Source: Bacillota bacterium (GTDB lineage: Bacteria > Bacillota > Clostridia > Acetivibrionales > DSM-1351). Taken from it: a DNA stretch of 24,000 nt. The stretch is taken from NCBI GenBank assembly GCA_023443515.1, contig JAEZUC010000079.1, positions 23,664 to 47,663 of the forward strand. The letters run 5' to 3'. A program made the translations under genes and the position numbers. The notes beneath the pieces are model-generated. The model was not told where the DNA came from. It was given only the letters and a program-made list of their open reading frames with translations, and did no database searches. This document shows positions 7,558-16,280 of this stretch, in pieces. The first letter of the stretch is position 1; every line of letters begins with the position of its first letter.

Positions 7558-8532
7558 TTGAATAAATTTATATCCGAACAAATAGACAGATTATCTCTCC
7601 GACAACTACATAAAAGAAAAAGTTTCGTTTCACATTTTATAGCACCAAACATGCAACCCGTAAAATCAGGCGAGTTTTCTTCATATTTTGATACTCCGTC
7701 CATCCCGAAAATAAAATTACAGGAGGAAAAGAATTCATATTATACTACAGGAACATTTTCATATGACAGTCAGATAAGAAATAACAACAAAAGTAATGAA
7801 AAAGTTTTTGGATACTATCACAGAAATTCAAACGATGAGGATTCAACCAATGTAATTCTTGTTCATGGATGGAGAATGGATGATTACAAGAACATTGACA
7901 GTATTTATTTAAAAAGCTTTTTGGATTCAGGATATAATGTTTATCACTTTATAATGCCGTATCATTTTCAGAGGAACTCAAATGAATCCACATATAATGG
8001 GGAACTGTTTGTTACCTCTAACATTGATAGGACACTATTATCAGTAAAACAGGCTGTATCTGATTTAAGGGCATTGGTTAAATGGCTTAAATCAAACACA
8101 CAAGGTAAAGTTATACTAATAGGAGTAAGTCTTGGAGGCTTTTTGACAAATCTGACAAGTGCTGTAGAGAGGGATATTGATATACTGATATCCGTATTTT
8201 ATGCAAATAGTCTGGCAAACGCTGTCTGGAATACAATACCCGGAAAGTACATAAAGAACGATTTTATTAAAAGTTCATTTTCATATGAACAATTATTGAA
8301 CTATTGGGTCGTTATCACCCCCAGCTTATACCAGCCCGCTATTCCTAAAAACAATATATTACTGTTAAGTGCTGCTTATGACCAATACATAAGCTTGGAA
8401 GATTCCAACGAATTATGGTCAAAATGGGGAAAACCTCAAAGGCATATTTACAATTGCGGACACTCAGGCATTGTACTTTTGAGAAATATAATAAGAAAGG
8501 ATTCTTTAGAGTTTATTAATAGCAAACTATAG
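7558..8532 (+). CDS. Alpha/beta-fold serine hydrolase (unknown substrate)
   Basis: Oxyanion region ILVHGW; nucleophile elbow GVSLGG; candidate acid in LLLSAAYDQY; candidate His in NCGHSG. TTG start with AAGGTGA at 7544-7550. Confidence 0.75.
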   Translation: MNKFISEQIDRLSLRQLHKRKSFVSHFIAPNMQPVKSGEFSSYFDTPSIPKIKLQEEKNSYYTTGTFSYDSQIRNNNKSNEKVFGYYHRNSNDEDSTNVILVHGWRMDDYKNIDSIYLKSFLDSGYNVYHFIMPYHFQRNSNESTYNGELFVTSNIDRTLLSVKQAVSDLRALVKWLKSNTQGKVILIGVSLGGFLTNLTSAVERDIDILISVFYANSLANAVWNTIPGKYIKNDFIKSSFSYEQLLNYWVVITPSLYQPAIPKNNILLLSAAYDQYISLEDSNELWSKWGKPQRHIYNCGHSGIVLLRNIIRKDSLEFINSKL

Positions 8533-8547
8533 GTTGGTGGATTATAT

Positions 8548-9945
8548 ATGTTGGTTTTATTTATTGCATTATGGGTAATAGCAGGTATACTCATAAGAAC
8601 TGATCCCCATAATCGGGCCACAAGGTGGGGGAGTGCCCTTGCTTTTTTTTCAGGTTTTGGAGGTCTGGGAATTTTTCTAAGAGAATATTCTTTCACGCTC
8701 TCGGACACTAATACTAAATTTATAATTTATTCGGCAACATCGTTCATGTTCACATTGTCTACCCAAATAGCTCCGTATATTGTTTTAATATATAGTATTA
8801 TATATACAGGAACATTAAATAATTTTAAATTTATTTCTAAATATTGCCACGTCATATTTTTTATTCCGGTAATAATAATGTATTTGATTTACCCGTCTAT
8901 ACCGGATTATAGACCATCATTTTTAATTCTTAGCCTATGGGTTGTACCCTATGTACTTTTTGCAAACTACCTGTTGATTTATTCATATAAAGCTGAGAAA
9001 AATGCACGTAAAAAGCAGCAAAGATTGCTTACTTGCATATTAATTACGCCTACAACCCTGTTTGCTATTACGGCTAATTATATTTTAAGAGCATTCCGGA
9101 TTGAGAGTATATGGAGATATAATGCGATTACAATATCGGTCGCTTTCATAATATTCGTATATGCAAGCTTCAGGTATGGAGTTATGGGGGTTAGAGTTAA
9201 ATTTGAAAAATACCGTTTGGACAGTACTATTAAGGCTATAACCTCAGGAACATCAATTATGAATCATAGTATAAAGAATGAGATTATAAAAATAGGAATG
9301 TGTACAAATACGATTAAATCCAAACTTAAAAATCAAAATATCAATATCCCGGATATTGACGAAAATATTGGATTTATTCTTGATTCTAGTGATTACCTTA
9401 CAAAGATGGTTAAGCATATTCAGAAGCATATTCAAGAGATTACCTTGAATGAGCAGGTTAATAATGTTAAGGATATATTTACAAACTCTATAAACATGGT
9501 AATTCCATTTATAAAAAATAAAGAAATCATACTGGAAAACAATTTTCACAATGACATTTTTATAAAATGTGATAGCCTTCATATTCAGGAAGTGTTTCAT
9601 AATGTATTAAAAAATGCCATAGAAGCGGTGGAAGAGGCAGGTAAACTCAAGATAGATGCTGTTTCAAATAAATCAACATTTATTATTGCTATAAGTGACA
9701 CTGGATGCGGAATATCAAAAGAAAATCTTCCTTATGTATTTGATCCGTTTTTTTCCACTAAACGAACCAGTAATAATTTTGGACTGGGGCTATCATATTG
9801 TGTTAACGTTATGAACTTACATGGTGGTAAATTGGAAGTAATCAGCGAAAAAAATGTGGGAACAACGATACAAATTATTTTTCATAAAAGTAGAGTATCC
9901 GGTTTGCTTGATAAGCAAATCAAAAGGAGTTTGGTCAATGGATAA
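8548..9945 (+). CDS. Polytopic (about 6-7 TM) sensor histidine kinase, HisKA/HATPase_c type, with no obvious extracytoplasmic domain
   Basis: Hydrophobic N-terminal ~210 aa. H-box IMNHSIKNEI, N-box NVLKNAIEAV, DTGCGI, FDPFFSTK, GLGLSYC. It starts 15 nt after the hydrolase stop. Confidence 0.85.
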   Translation: MLVLFIALWVIAGILIRTDPHNRATRWGSALAFFSGFGGLGIFLREYSFTLSDTNTKFIIYSATSFMFTLSTQIAPYIVLIYSIIYTGTLNNFKFISKYCHVIFFIPVIIMYLIYPSIPDYRPSFLILSLWVVPYVLFANYLLIYSYKAEKNARKKQQRLLTCILITPTTLFAITANYILRAFRIESIWRYNAITISVAFIIFVYASFRYGVMGVRVKFEKYRLDSTIKAITSGTSIMNHSIKNEIIKIGMCTNTIKSKLKNQNINIPDIDENIGFILDSSDYLTKMVKHIQKHIQEITLNEQVNNVKDIFTNSINMVIPFIKNKEIILENNFHNDIFIKCDSLHIQEVFHNVLKNAIEAVEEAGKLKIDAVSNKSTFIIAISDTGCGISKENLPYVFDPFFSTKRTSNNFGLGLSYCVNVMNLHGGKLEVISEKNVGTTIQIIFHKSRVSGLLDKQIKRSLVNG

Positions 9946-10573
9946 AATACAGGTAATGATAGTTGAGGATGATCCTGCATGGATTAAAATATTAAATTCT
10001 TTTCTTTCGCAGGAGGAGGATATATTTGTTAAGGCTTCAGCAAACAGTAAAGACGAAGCTGTACGGCTGGCGATAGATATCAAAATAGATGTAATAATTA
10101 TGGACATTAATTTGTCTGAAAACCTTAAGGATGGGGTTGTTGCAGCACTTGAAATAAAGGAATTTTCCGATTCCAAAATAATCATGTTAACATCGTATAA
10201 TGACGATGAACTAATCAAAGATTCCTTTGAAGTTGGAGCTGTAGATTATCTTCTAAAAGAGGATTATTTGGATTTGCCAAACACAATAAGAAAAACATAC
10301 AACAATCGCTCGTCAATACAGGTAATTCTTAATGACTATGCAAGACTTAAAAAAGATGAAAGGTTAAGGGAATTGACAACAGCAGAAAAGGAAGTATTTG
10401 AACTTATAGAACAAGGACTTTCCCAATCACAAATTGCTACAAAATTATCAAAGACAAACAACACGTTGCGTACACAGGTCAAGAATATACTAAAAAAACT
10501 TGGAGCTAAAAATAGTAAGGAAGCTGTAAAAAAAATTAAATACAAGGATATTTTCCACAAATATAAACTATAA
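9938..10573 (+). CDS. NarL/LuxR-family response regulator (REC + LuxR-type HTH)
   Basis: The start MDKIQVMIVEDDP is preceded by AAAAGGAG and overlaps the kinase stop by 8 nt. Phosphoacceptor context VIIMDINL. C-terminal HTH LTTAEKEVFELIEQGLSQSQIATKLSKTNNTLRTQVKNILKKLG. The 9854 start in the ORF track is an over-extension. Confidence 0.88.
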   Translation: MDKIQVMIVEDDPAWIKILNSFLSQEEDIFVKASANSKDEAVRLAIDIKIDVIIMDINLSENLKDGVVAALEIKEFSDSKIIMLTSYNDDELIKDSFEVGAVDYLLKEDYLDLPNTIRKTYNNRSSIQVILNDYARLKKDERLRELTTAEKEVFELIEQGLSQSQIATKLSKTNNTLRTQVKNILKKLGAKNSKEAVKKIKYKDIFHKYKL

Positions 10574-10576
10574 AAA

Positions 10577-10597
10577 GGGGTTATAAAATATAACCCC
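10577..10597. terminator. Hairpin after the RR gene (weak or bidirectional terminator)
   Basis: GGGGTTATA (10577-10585) pairs with TATAACCCC (10589-10597) around a 3-nt loop. There is an A-run upstream but no T-run downstream on the + strand. Confidence 0.35.
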
Positions 10598-10713
10598 TAA
10601 CTCTCAGAATAGTGGTATGAAAAATAACTGTAGTAGGAAAAAAGATATTAATATATAATACACGTAGACATTAATTTACAAATAATAATCAATTAGGGGA
10701 AAATGTAAAATAC

Positions 10714-11184
10714 ATGATACAATCAGGAAAAGAATTTAAACTAGAAAACGTTTTATCTCTAAGAAAAAAAATGACCCAGGAAGAAATAAAAAATGAAATG
10801 GGTAAAATAGGTAAGTTTTTACAGGATAATGGAATAAAAAAAGCCGGACCGATTGTTACCGTAACTTTTGATATTGAAGAAAATTGTGGGCAAGCTCTTA
10901 TGGATATGGAACTCCTTGTTCCAATAGATAAGAAGTTTGATTTTTCAGCAGAATATATATTTAAGCCATTTTTTTACATATTTGATGCTGTATATGCAAG
11001 GCATGAAGGTAATCCTGCAACATTACAAAATACATATAATGAGATACTTGCATATATACAACAGAATAAATTACAACAGATAACGGCAGGTTATAATGTT
11101 CAGGTTAAAGATTTTTTGCCAGGAATGACAGATGATGAGATGGTAATTGATGTTTACATAGGTGTAAGTCGCAATGTACTGTAA
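10714..11184 (+). CDS. Stand-alone GyrI-like / SbmC-like small-molecule-binding-fold protein (156 aa); candidate immunity or peptide-binding factor
   Basis: The length and secondary-structure-like pattern track E. coli SbmC (157 aa) segment by segment. Examples: beta1 EFKLENVLSLRK, helix EMGKIGKFLQDNGIKKAGPIVTVTFD, MDMELLVPI, second repeat FDAVYARHEGNPATLQNTYNEILAYIQQN and MVIDVYIGV. This fold assignment was made by eye, not by HMM. Confidence 0.55.
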   Translation: MIQSGKEFKLENVLSLRKKMTQEEIKNEMGKIGKFLQDNGIKKAGPIVTVTFDIEENCGQALMDMELLVPIDKKFDFSAEYIFKPFFYIFDAVYARHEGNPATLQNTYNEILAYIQQNKLQQITAGYNVQVKDFLPGMTDDEMVIDVYIGVSRNVL

Positions 11185-11318
11185 TTACCTGCTGTAAGCC
11201 ATGGGACAGTAGTTAATATAAACTATGAATGTAAAAACTTTATTATTGAAGTTTATGCGCAGAATGGAGAGAAGAGGATACATTTGTAGAAAAATTAGAT
11301 AAAAGTGAGGTAGAAATT

Positions 11319-11555
11319 ATGACATATGCTATGAGTTTAAACAATGTTGGTTTTGCTGAGTTGACACAGGATGAAATGATGTGTGTTGATGGAGGAAACC
11401 TTTTTGGTGATGTTTGCAAAGTTGTTACTTGTGCTACTGTAAGTGCGGTAATTGGCGCTGTAGTTTCTCCATATGCTACACCAGCAGGAGGATATATAGC
11501 AGGAGTAGTATCATATGAGATAATATCCCAGGCGTGGGATAAAGCTTTCAAATAG
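11319..11555 (+). CDS. Class II (GG-leader) bacteriocin precursor, peptide 1 of a putative two-peptide pair
   Basis: GAGG RBS upstream of ATG 11319. The leader MTYAMSLNNVGFAELTQDEMMCVDGG (GG codons at 11391-11396) is followed by a 52-aa hydrophobic core, NLFGDVCKVVTCATVSAVIGAVVSPYATPAGGYIAGVVSYEIISQAWDKAFK. The core has two Cys and small-xxx-small motifs. Confidence 0.8.
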   Translation: MTYAMSLNNVGFAELTQDEMMCVDGGNLFGDVCKVVTCATVSAVIGAVVSPYATPAGGYIAGVVSYEIISQAWDKAFK

Positions 11556-11572
11556 GATAGGAGGTGCAAGTT

Positions 11573-11791
11573 ATGGGAGACTTCATTGAATTAAATTATG
11601 AAGAAATTCAAGCTATAGAAGCTGGCGGATTATTGTCTGCGGTTTGTGGAGCAGCAGCAGGTGCCATTGTTGGATTGTATGTTGGTGGTACCGCAGCAGC
11701 AATAAGTGGTGATTCAAAAAATATTGTCCAGTCTGTAATTGCGGGTGCATCAACAGGATTATGGGTGGGGTTGGGCTGCCCTATTCCGTAG
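11573..11791 (+). CDS. Class II (GG-leader) bacteriocin precursor, peptide 2 of a putative two-peptide pair
   Basis: GGAGG at 11559-11563 favours ATG 11573 over GTG 11564. The leader MGDFIELNYEEIQAIEAGG (GG codons at 11624-11629) is followed by a 53-aa Gly/Ala-rich core with GxxxG motifs (GAAAG, GAIVG, GLYVG, GLWVG) and Cys near both ends (positions 6 and 50). Confidence 0.8.
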   Translation: MGDFIELNYEEIQAIEAGGLLSAVCGAAAGAIVGLYVGGTAAAISGDSKNIVQSVIAGASTGLWVGLGCPIP

Positions 11792-11804
11792 ATAAATAAT
11801 TTAA

Positions 11805-11855
11805 GAACCAGATATGCGGATTAAAATTATTCTGCATATTTGGTTCTGGATTTTT
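11805..11855 (+). terminator. Rho-independent terminator after the bacteriocin genes
   Basis: GAACCAGATATGCGGA (11805-11820) pairs with TCTGCATATTTGGTTC (11831-11846), with two G-U positions, followed by TGGATTTTT. Confidence 0.7.
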
Positions 11856-11947
11856 ACTGGTACTGTATTAATTACAGGCACTGAACGCATTAGCAAGAAT
11901 TAATATATATAATAAATATAAATAAAATGTCTAGGGAGAATTTTATT

Positions 11948-12163
11948 ATGAGTATTAAGAATAAGTTATTTGTAAAAAAGATATTTAAAAAATTCATACC
12001 AATGTGTATTGCTATATTAGGATTATATCTTTTAGATATATATTATTTTAGACGGGATGAATTCAGGATCAGTTATGTAATAATTATAGTAATAACTTGT
12101 TTTGCTGTTGTGACCATATCAAGTATTGTAAATACAAAAAAAGATAATAATGGAGTTAGCTAA
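11948..12163 (+). CDS. Small two-TM membrane protein; candidate bacteriocin immunity/accessory protein
   Basis: AGGGAGA at 11933-11939 favours ATG 11948 (MSIKNKLF...). Two hydrophobic helices (FIPMCIAILGLYLLDIYYF and ISYVIIIVITCFAVVTISSIV). TAATG overlap with the ABC transporter start. Confidence 0.6.
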   Translation: MSIKNKLFVKKIFKKFIPMCIAILGLYLLDIYYFRRDEFRISYVIIIVITCFAVVTISSIVNTKKDNNGVS

Positions 12164-14361
12164 TGCAAACCCTATTCAAACATTTCTACTGTGTCAAACA
12201 ACATGACATAACAGATTGCGGAGCAGCTTGTCTGGCTACTATCAGCAAGCAGTACGGTTTTAAAACTTCAATAACAAAAATAAGAGAGATTGCAGGAACA
12301 GACAAACAAGGTACAAATGCATATGGAGTGATAAAGGCAGCTGAGAGTCTTGGTTTCACAGCCAAGGGAGTAAAGGGAAATCAGGAGGCCTTTTTTTCTG
12401 AGTTTCCTTTGCCATGCATAGCACATGTTGTCGTCGAAGGTACATTGCTTCACTATGTGGTTATACATAAGATAACAAAAAAGCAGGTTATCGTTGCTGA
12501 CCCCGGAAAGGGTATAGTCAAGTATGTTCCGGAGGAATTCTTTAAAATCTGGACTGGTGTACTTATATTGATGGTTCCTAATGTTACTTTTAGCAAGGGT
12601 AATAATACAAAGGGCCTTTTTTCCCGTTTCTCTAATTTGCTGATGCCTCAGAAGAAGCTACTTGTAAATATATTTTTTACATCTCTCATATACACTATTT
12701 TAGGTATTTTGGGATCTTTTTATTTTAAATTCCTTTTGGATGACATTTTGCAGTACAATCTGGAAAAGACCTTGCATGTTATATCCATAGGCATTATTCT
12801 GCTCTACCTTTTCCAGACTCTATTGGGAGCATTTCGTTCTCACATGGTTCTGTACTTGTCACAAAAAATTGATATACCTCTTATACTGGGGTACTATCAG
12901 CATGTTCTGGGACTTCCAATGAATTTTTTCGGAACAAGAAAGGTTGGAGAAATCGTATCCCGTTTTATGGATGCCTCAAAGGTAAGAGATGCCATATCAG
13001 GTGCAACGCTTACCATAATGATAGATACCCTGATGGCTGTGGCAGGAGCTGTTATTCTATACATGCAGAATTCTACATTGTTTATAGTTGCGGTAGTAAT
13101 AGCGACTATATATGGCATTATTGTTTTTGCATTTAATAAGCCAATCAAAAAAGTAAATCAAGAACAAATGGAAGAGAATGCACAGCTTACCTCCTACCTT
13201 GTAGAATCACTGAATGGAATTGAAACAGTTAAAACCTTCAACGCCGAGGAGGAAGCATCCCTTAAAACCGAAACAAGGTTCGTAAAGCTACTTCGCTCGA
13301 TATTCAAAGGCGGTGTAATTAATAATTTTCGTTCATCAATTACATCCTTCACTGCATTGGCGGGAGGAACAGTCATATTGTGGGTGGGTGCATGGAATGT
13401 AATAAAAGGAAACATGACAGTAGGTCAATTGCTTGCATTTAATGCTCTGCTGGGATACTTTCTGGAACCTATCAAAAACCTCATCAATCTCCAACCAATG
13501 ATACAAACAGCAGTAGTAGCATCAGACAGACTAGGTGAAATATTTGACCTGGAATTGGAAAAGAGTGAAAAAGAGAACGAAAAGATTAAACCCCTTGATT
13601 TAAAAGGTGACATAACCTTTAAAAATGTAGATTTCAGGTATGGAACACGTTCCCTTGTACTAAAAAATATTAATATTACCATAAAGCAGGGCGAAAAAAT
13701 TGCATTGGTAGGGGAAAGCGGGTCGGGTAAAACCACTCTTGTTAAGCTTTTATTGAACCTGTATACCTGGGAAAAAGGCGAAATAGCAATAAAAGACTAT
13801 AACATAAAGGATATATCCTTTGAGTCCCTGAGAGAAAAACTTGCATACATATCCCAGGATATATTCATGTTCAGCGGAACAATACGGGAAAATCTAACCC
13901 TTGGTGACAAAAATATTAGTATGGAAGAAATTATCGAGGCTTGTAAAATGGCACAGGCACATGAATTTATAAACAAGCTTCCATTGCGGTATGAGACTTA
14001 TTTGGAGGAAAACGGTGCAAATTTGTCTGGAGGACAAAAACAAAGGCTTGCTATAGCCAGAGCAATTTTGAAAAAACCCGACATATTTATAATGGACGAG
14101 GCAACCAGTAATCTTGATTCAATTTCAGAGAAGGCCATAGAGAAAACACTGGAAACTGTTTGCAGCGGAGTAACAACGATTATAATAGCACACAGACTAA
14201 GCACTATAAAACGATGTGACAGGATTTTTGTAATGGAAGACGGCAGTATTATGGAACACGGTAGCCATCAGGAGCTTATGGCACTTGGAGGAAAGTATTT
14301 TGAGTTATGGAAGGAGCAATTAACTGAAAAAGAGGAACAAACCATAGGAGGGAAGGTTTAA
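12163..14361 (+). CDS. Peptidase-C39-containing ABC transporter (PCAT; bacteriocin/pheromone maturation and export, ComA/LagD/CvaB type)
   Basis: N-terminal C39 domain with an intact catalytic Cys (QHDITDCGAACLATISKQYG; Cys codon at 12217-12219), plus HYVVIH and VADPGKG. Six-helix TMD. Walker A GESGSGKTT, signature LSGGQKQR, Walker B IFIMDEATS. Confidence 0.93.
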   Translation: MQTLFKHFYCVKQHDITDCGAACLATISKQYGFKTSITKIREIAGTDKQGTNAYGVIKAAESLGFTAKGVKGNQEAFFSEFPLPCIAHVVVEGTLLHYVVIHKITKKQVIVADPGKGIVKYVPEEFFKIWTGVLILMVPNVTFSKGNNTKGLFSRFSNLLMPQKKLLVNIFFTSLIYTILGILGSFYFKFLLDDILQYNLEKTLHVISIGIILLYLFQTLLGAFRSHMVLYLSQKIDIPLILGYYQHVLGLPMNFFGTRKVGEIVSRFMDASKVRDAISGATLTIMIDTLMAVAGAVILYMQNSTLFIVAVVIATIYGIIVFAFNKPIKKVNQEQMEENAQLTSYLVESLNGIETVKTFNAEEEASLKTETRFVKLLRSIFKGGVINNFRSSITSFTALAGGTVILWVGAWNVIKGNMTVGQLLAFNALLGYFLEPIKNLINLQPMIQTAVVASDRLGEIFDLELEKSEKENEKIKPLDLKGDITFKNVDFRYGTRSLVLKNINITIKQGEKIALVGESGSGKTTLVKLLLNLYTWEKGEIAIKDYNIKDISFESLREKLAYISQDIFMFSGTIRENLTLGDKNISMEEIIEACKMAQAHEFINKLPLRYETYLEENGANLSGGQKQRLAIARAILKKPDIFIMDEATSNLDSISEKAIEKTLETVCSGVTTIIIAHRLSTIKRCDRIFVMEDGSIMEHGSHQELMALGGKYFELWKEQLTEKEEQTIGGKV

Positions 14362-14362
14362 A

Positions 14363-16240
14363 ATGAAGGAAATTTTAGTTGACATAAATGAACTTACGGA
14401 CAGCCGTGAAATGTATCATACAAAACCTCACCCATTTGTATGGATATTTACATATATTTTACTGGGGTTGGTTATAGTAGCTGTAACATGGGCAGCATTT
14501 GGAAAAAAGGAAATAGTAGTAAAGGCCTCCGGCCAGGTACGGCCTGAATCCGGAATAAGTACTGTCAGGAATATTGTTGAAGGGGAGCTGAAAAGTACTA
14601 ATTGTAGACAGGGAATGTCAGTAATGGCGGGAGAAATTTTATACATAATCAAACATGACAATCTTCTGGTGGAAAGGGAGTCGGCGGAAGTAAAGCTTAA
14701 AGAGTTGGAAAAAGAGTTGGAAAACCTTCAAATATATAGAAAATGCATTTCGTCAGAAGAAAACAATTTTGATCCTGCAAAGGAGCCTGTATATTATGAA
14801 AAGGTTAGAAAGCTTTTGATGGATATAAAATTTTCGCAAACTGATACGGCCTATAAAACTACAAGGCTTAGTGAAGAAAAGCTTCTGAACAGTACACAAC
14901 TGAGCAAAAATCTTAAAGAGATAGAATTCTTAAAAAAGTATATAAAATCCTTGGATAACAATAGAAATTATTTAAATTCAGGAAATGAACTGGAAAAGCA
15001 GTACAAACAGAAATATGATAAGTATCTTATAGCAAAAACAGAAATACAAAGAAAATATGACCAACAAGCTAATGAAATAAAGAGTAACAGCCCTGAAGCC
15101 ATGAAACAGTCACTGGAGGAGGAAAAATCCCAGTTAAGGGCATATGAGACACTGAAAAAGAGCATCGGCGAAGCAAAAAATAATTTTCAGTCCGGGGATA
15201 GGTATTCATATCTTTATACGGAATATGAAAATAGATTTAACTTTCTGAAAAATACATACGAGGAGAAAAAACGATTATACGAGGCATACCTTTCATTGAG
15301 CGGAATAGCCATTACAAAATCCGAGCTGGAGGATGCACGAGTGCAAATGCAGAATGCGCAAGGAGAATATACATCCTATAAAAGCAAGTTTATGTCTGAA
15401 TTGGAAAATAATATAAATAATATACAAATCAGCATAAAAGAAAAAGAAAGTAAGGTTTCCGGTACACAGGACAAACAGGGGTTTCTTAATTTAAATGAAA
15501 AGGACAGAAAAAACAGCTTGAAAGCACTGTATTTGCAGGAGAGAAATGATGCAGCCCAAGCAATAGACAATTTAACGGATACGGTGGGAACGCTGAAACA
15601 AAAAAATGTCCTTTCAGATGCAGAACTAAAAACCATAACCGAAGCAGACGGTCAAAATGAAGACTCCTTGAACTACTCACTGGTAGAAAGAACAAAGGTT
15701 CAGGAAGTTGTTGTCACTGATGAAAAGATTAAAGCAGTAACAGATAGTATTACAGGAGTTAGAGAAAATATTAAAAAACTGGAACTGAGTATAAACAATG
15801 CCATTGTAAAGGCCAGTGTAAACGGAACCGTTAACATAATCGCGGAAATGTACCCCGGGGATTTGATGCCGGCAGGAGCTGAAATATTAACGATAATCCC
15901 TAACACCAATTCAGCTTTTAAAATGCAGATGACTGTCAGCAATAAAGACATAGGTGAAATAAATACAGGGGATACGGTTAAATATAGCTTTGCAGCCCTA
16001 CCTTACAGGGAATACGGACAGGTAGCAGGAAAAATAACAAGTATATCAAAGGATGCAGTCAATAACTCAAGCGGTCAAAGCTATTATGTCGTCGAAGCCA
16101 CCGTTCCCGTAACAAAACTGGTCAGCAATTCGGGGAGACAGGGAGAAATAAAGGCAGGAATGATATGTGAAGCAAATGTAATAACGAAGCAAAAGAGCTT
16201 TTTACGCTATTTTCTTGAAAAAATAAATTTGCTTGATTAA
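14363..16240 (+). CDS. HlyD-family membrane fusion/accessory protein with an unusually long coiled-coil region (625 aa)
   Basis: N-terminal anchor FVWIFTYILLGLVIVAVTWAAF. A lipoyl-like half (VKASGQVRPES...). About 350 aa of heptad-rich, K/E/Q/L-rich sequence. C-terminal beta-barrel region (VKASVNGTV...AGMICEANVITKQKSFLRYFLEKI). It starts 1 nt after the ABC transporter stop. Confidence 0.85.
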   Translation: MKEILVDINELTDSREMYHTKPHPFVWIFTYILLGLVIVAVTWAAFGKKEIVVKASGQVRPESGISTVRNIVEGELKSTNCRQGMSVMAGEILYIIKHDNLLVERESAEVKLKELEKELENLQIYRKCISSEENNFDPAKEPVYYEKVRKLLMDIKFSQTDTAYKTTRLSEEKLLNSTQLSKNLKEIEFLKKYIKSLDNNRNYLNSGNELEKQYKQKYDKYLIAKTEIQRKYDQQANEIKSNSPEAMKQSLEEEKSQLRAYETLKKSIGEAKNNFQSGDRYSYLYTEYENRFNFLKNTYEEKKRLYEAYLSLSGIAITKSELEDARVQMQNAQGEYTSYKSKFMSELENNINNIQISIKEKESKVSGTQDKQGFLNLNEKDRKNSLKALYLQERNDAAQAIDNLTDTVGTLKQKNVLSDAELKTITEADGQNEDSLNYSLVERTKVQEVVVTDEKIKAVTDSITGVRENIKKLELSINNAIVKASVNGTVNIIAEMYPGDLMPAGAEILTIIPNTNSAFKMQMTVSNKDIGEINTGDTVKYSFAALPYREYGQVAGKITSISKDAVNNSSGQSYYVVEATVPVTKLVSNSGRQGEIKAGMICEANVITKQKSFLRYFLEKINLLD

Positions 16241-16280
16241 ATCGCTGTAAAGGTTAAATAAATTATAGGAGTGAGATTAA

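Noticed and set aside
11229-11250. ATGTAAAAA...TATTGAA upstream of the bacteriocin genes, resembling part of the LytTR promoter block at 6317-6333.
   Set aside because: The match is short and AT-only, the internal spacing differs (6 nt versus 1 nt), and there is no 21-bp-spaced partner repeat. It cannot be distinguished from chance by eye.
11243-11569. A 108-aa minus-strand ORF overlapping bacteriocin peptide 1.
   Set aside because: It is antisense to a Gly/Ala/Val-rich coding region, which naturally leaves the opposite frame open. It has no RBS. The + strand genes have RBSs and GG-leader logic.
6413-11791. The possibility that the peptides are lanthipeptides, sactipeptides, thiopeptides or agr-type cyclic thiolactone AIPs.
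   Set aside because: There is no LanB/C/M, radical-SAM, YcaO or AgrB-like gene in the window. The leaders end in GG and a C39 PCAT is present, so these look like unmodified class II-type processing.
11814-11903. A 29-aa hydrophobic ORF (MRIKIILHIWFWIFTGTVLITGTERISKN) just after the bacteriocin genes.
   Set aside because: It has no Shine-Dalgarno sequence. Its start codon and first codons are the left arm and loop of the terminator hairpin at 11805-11855, so it is probably fortuitous.
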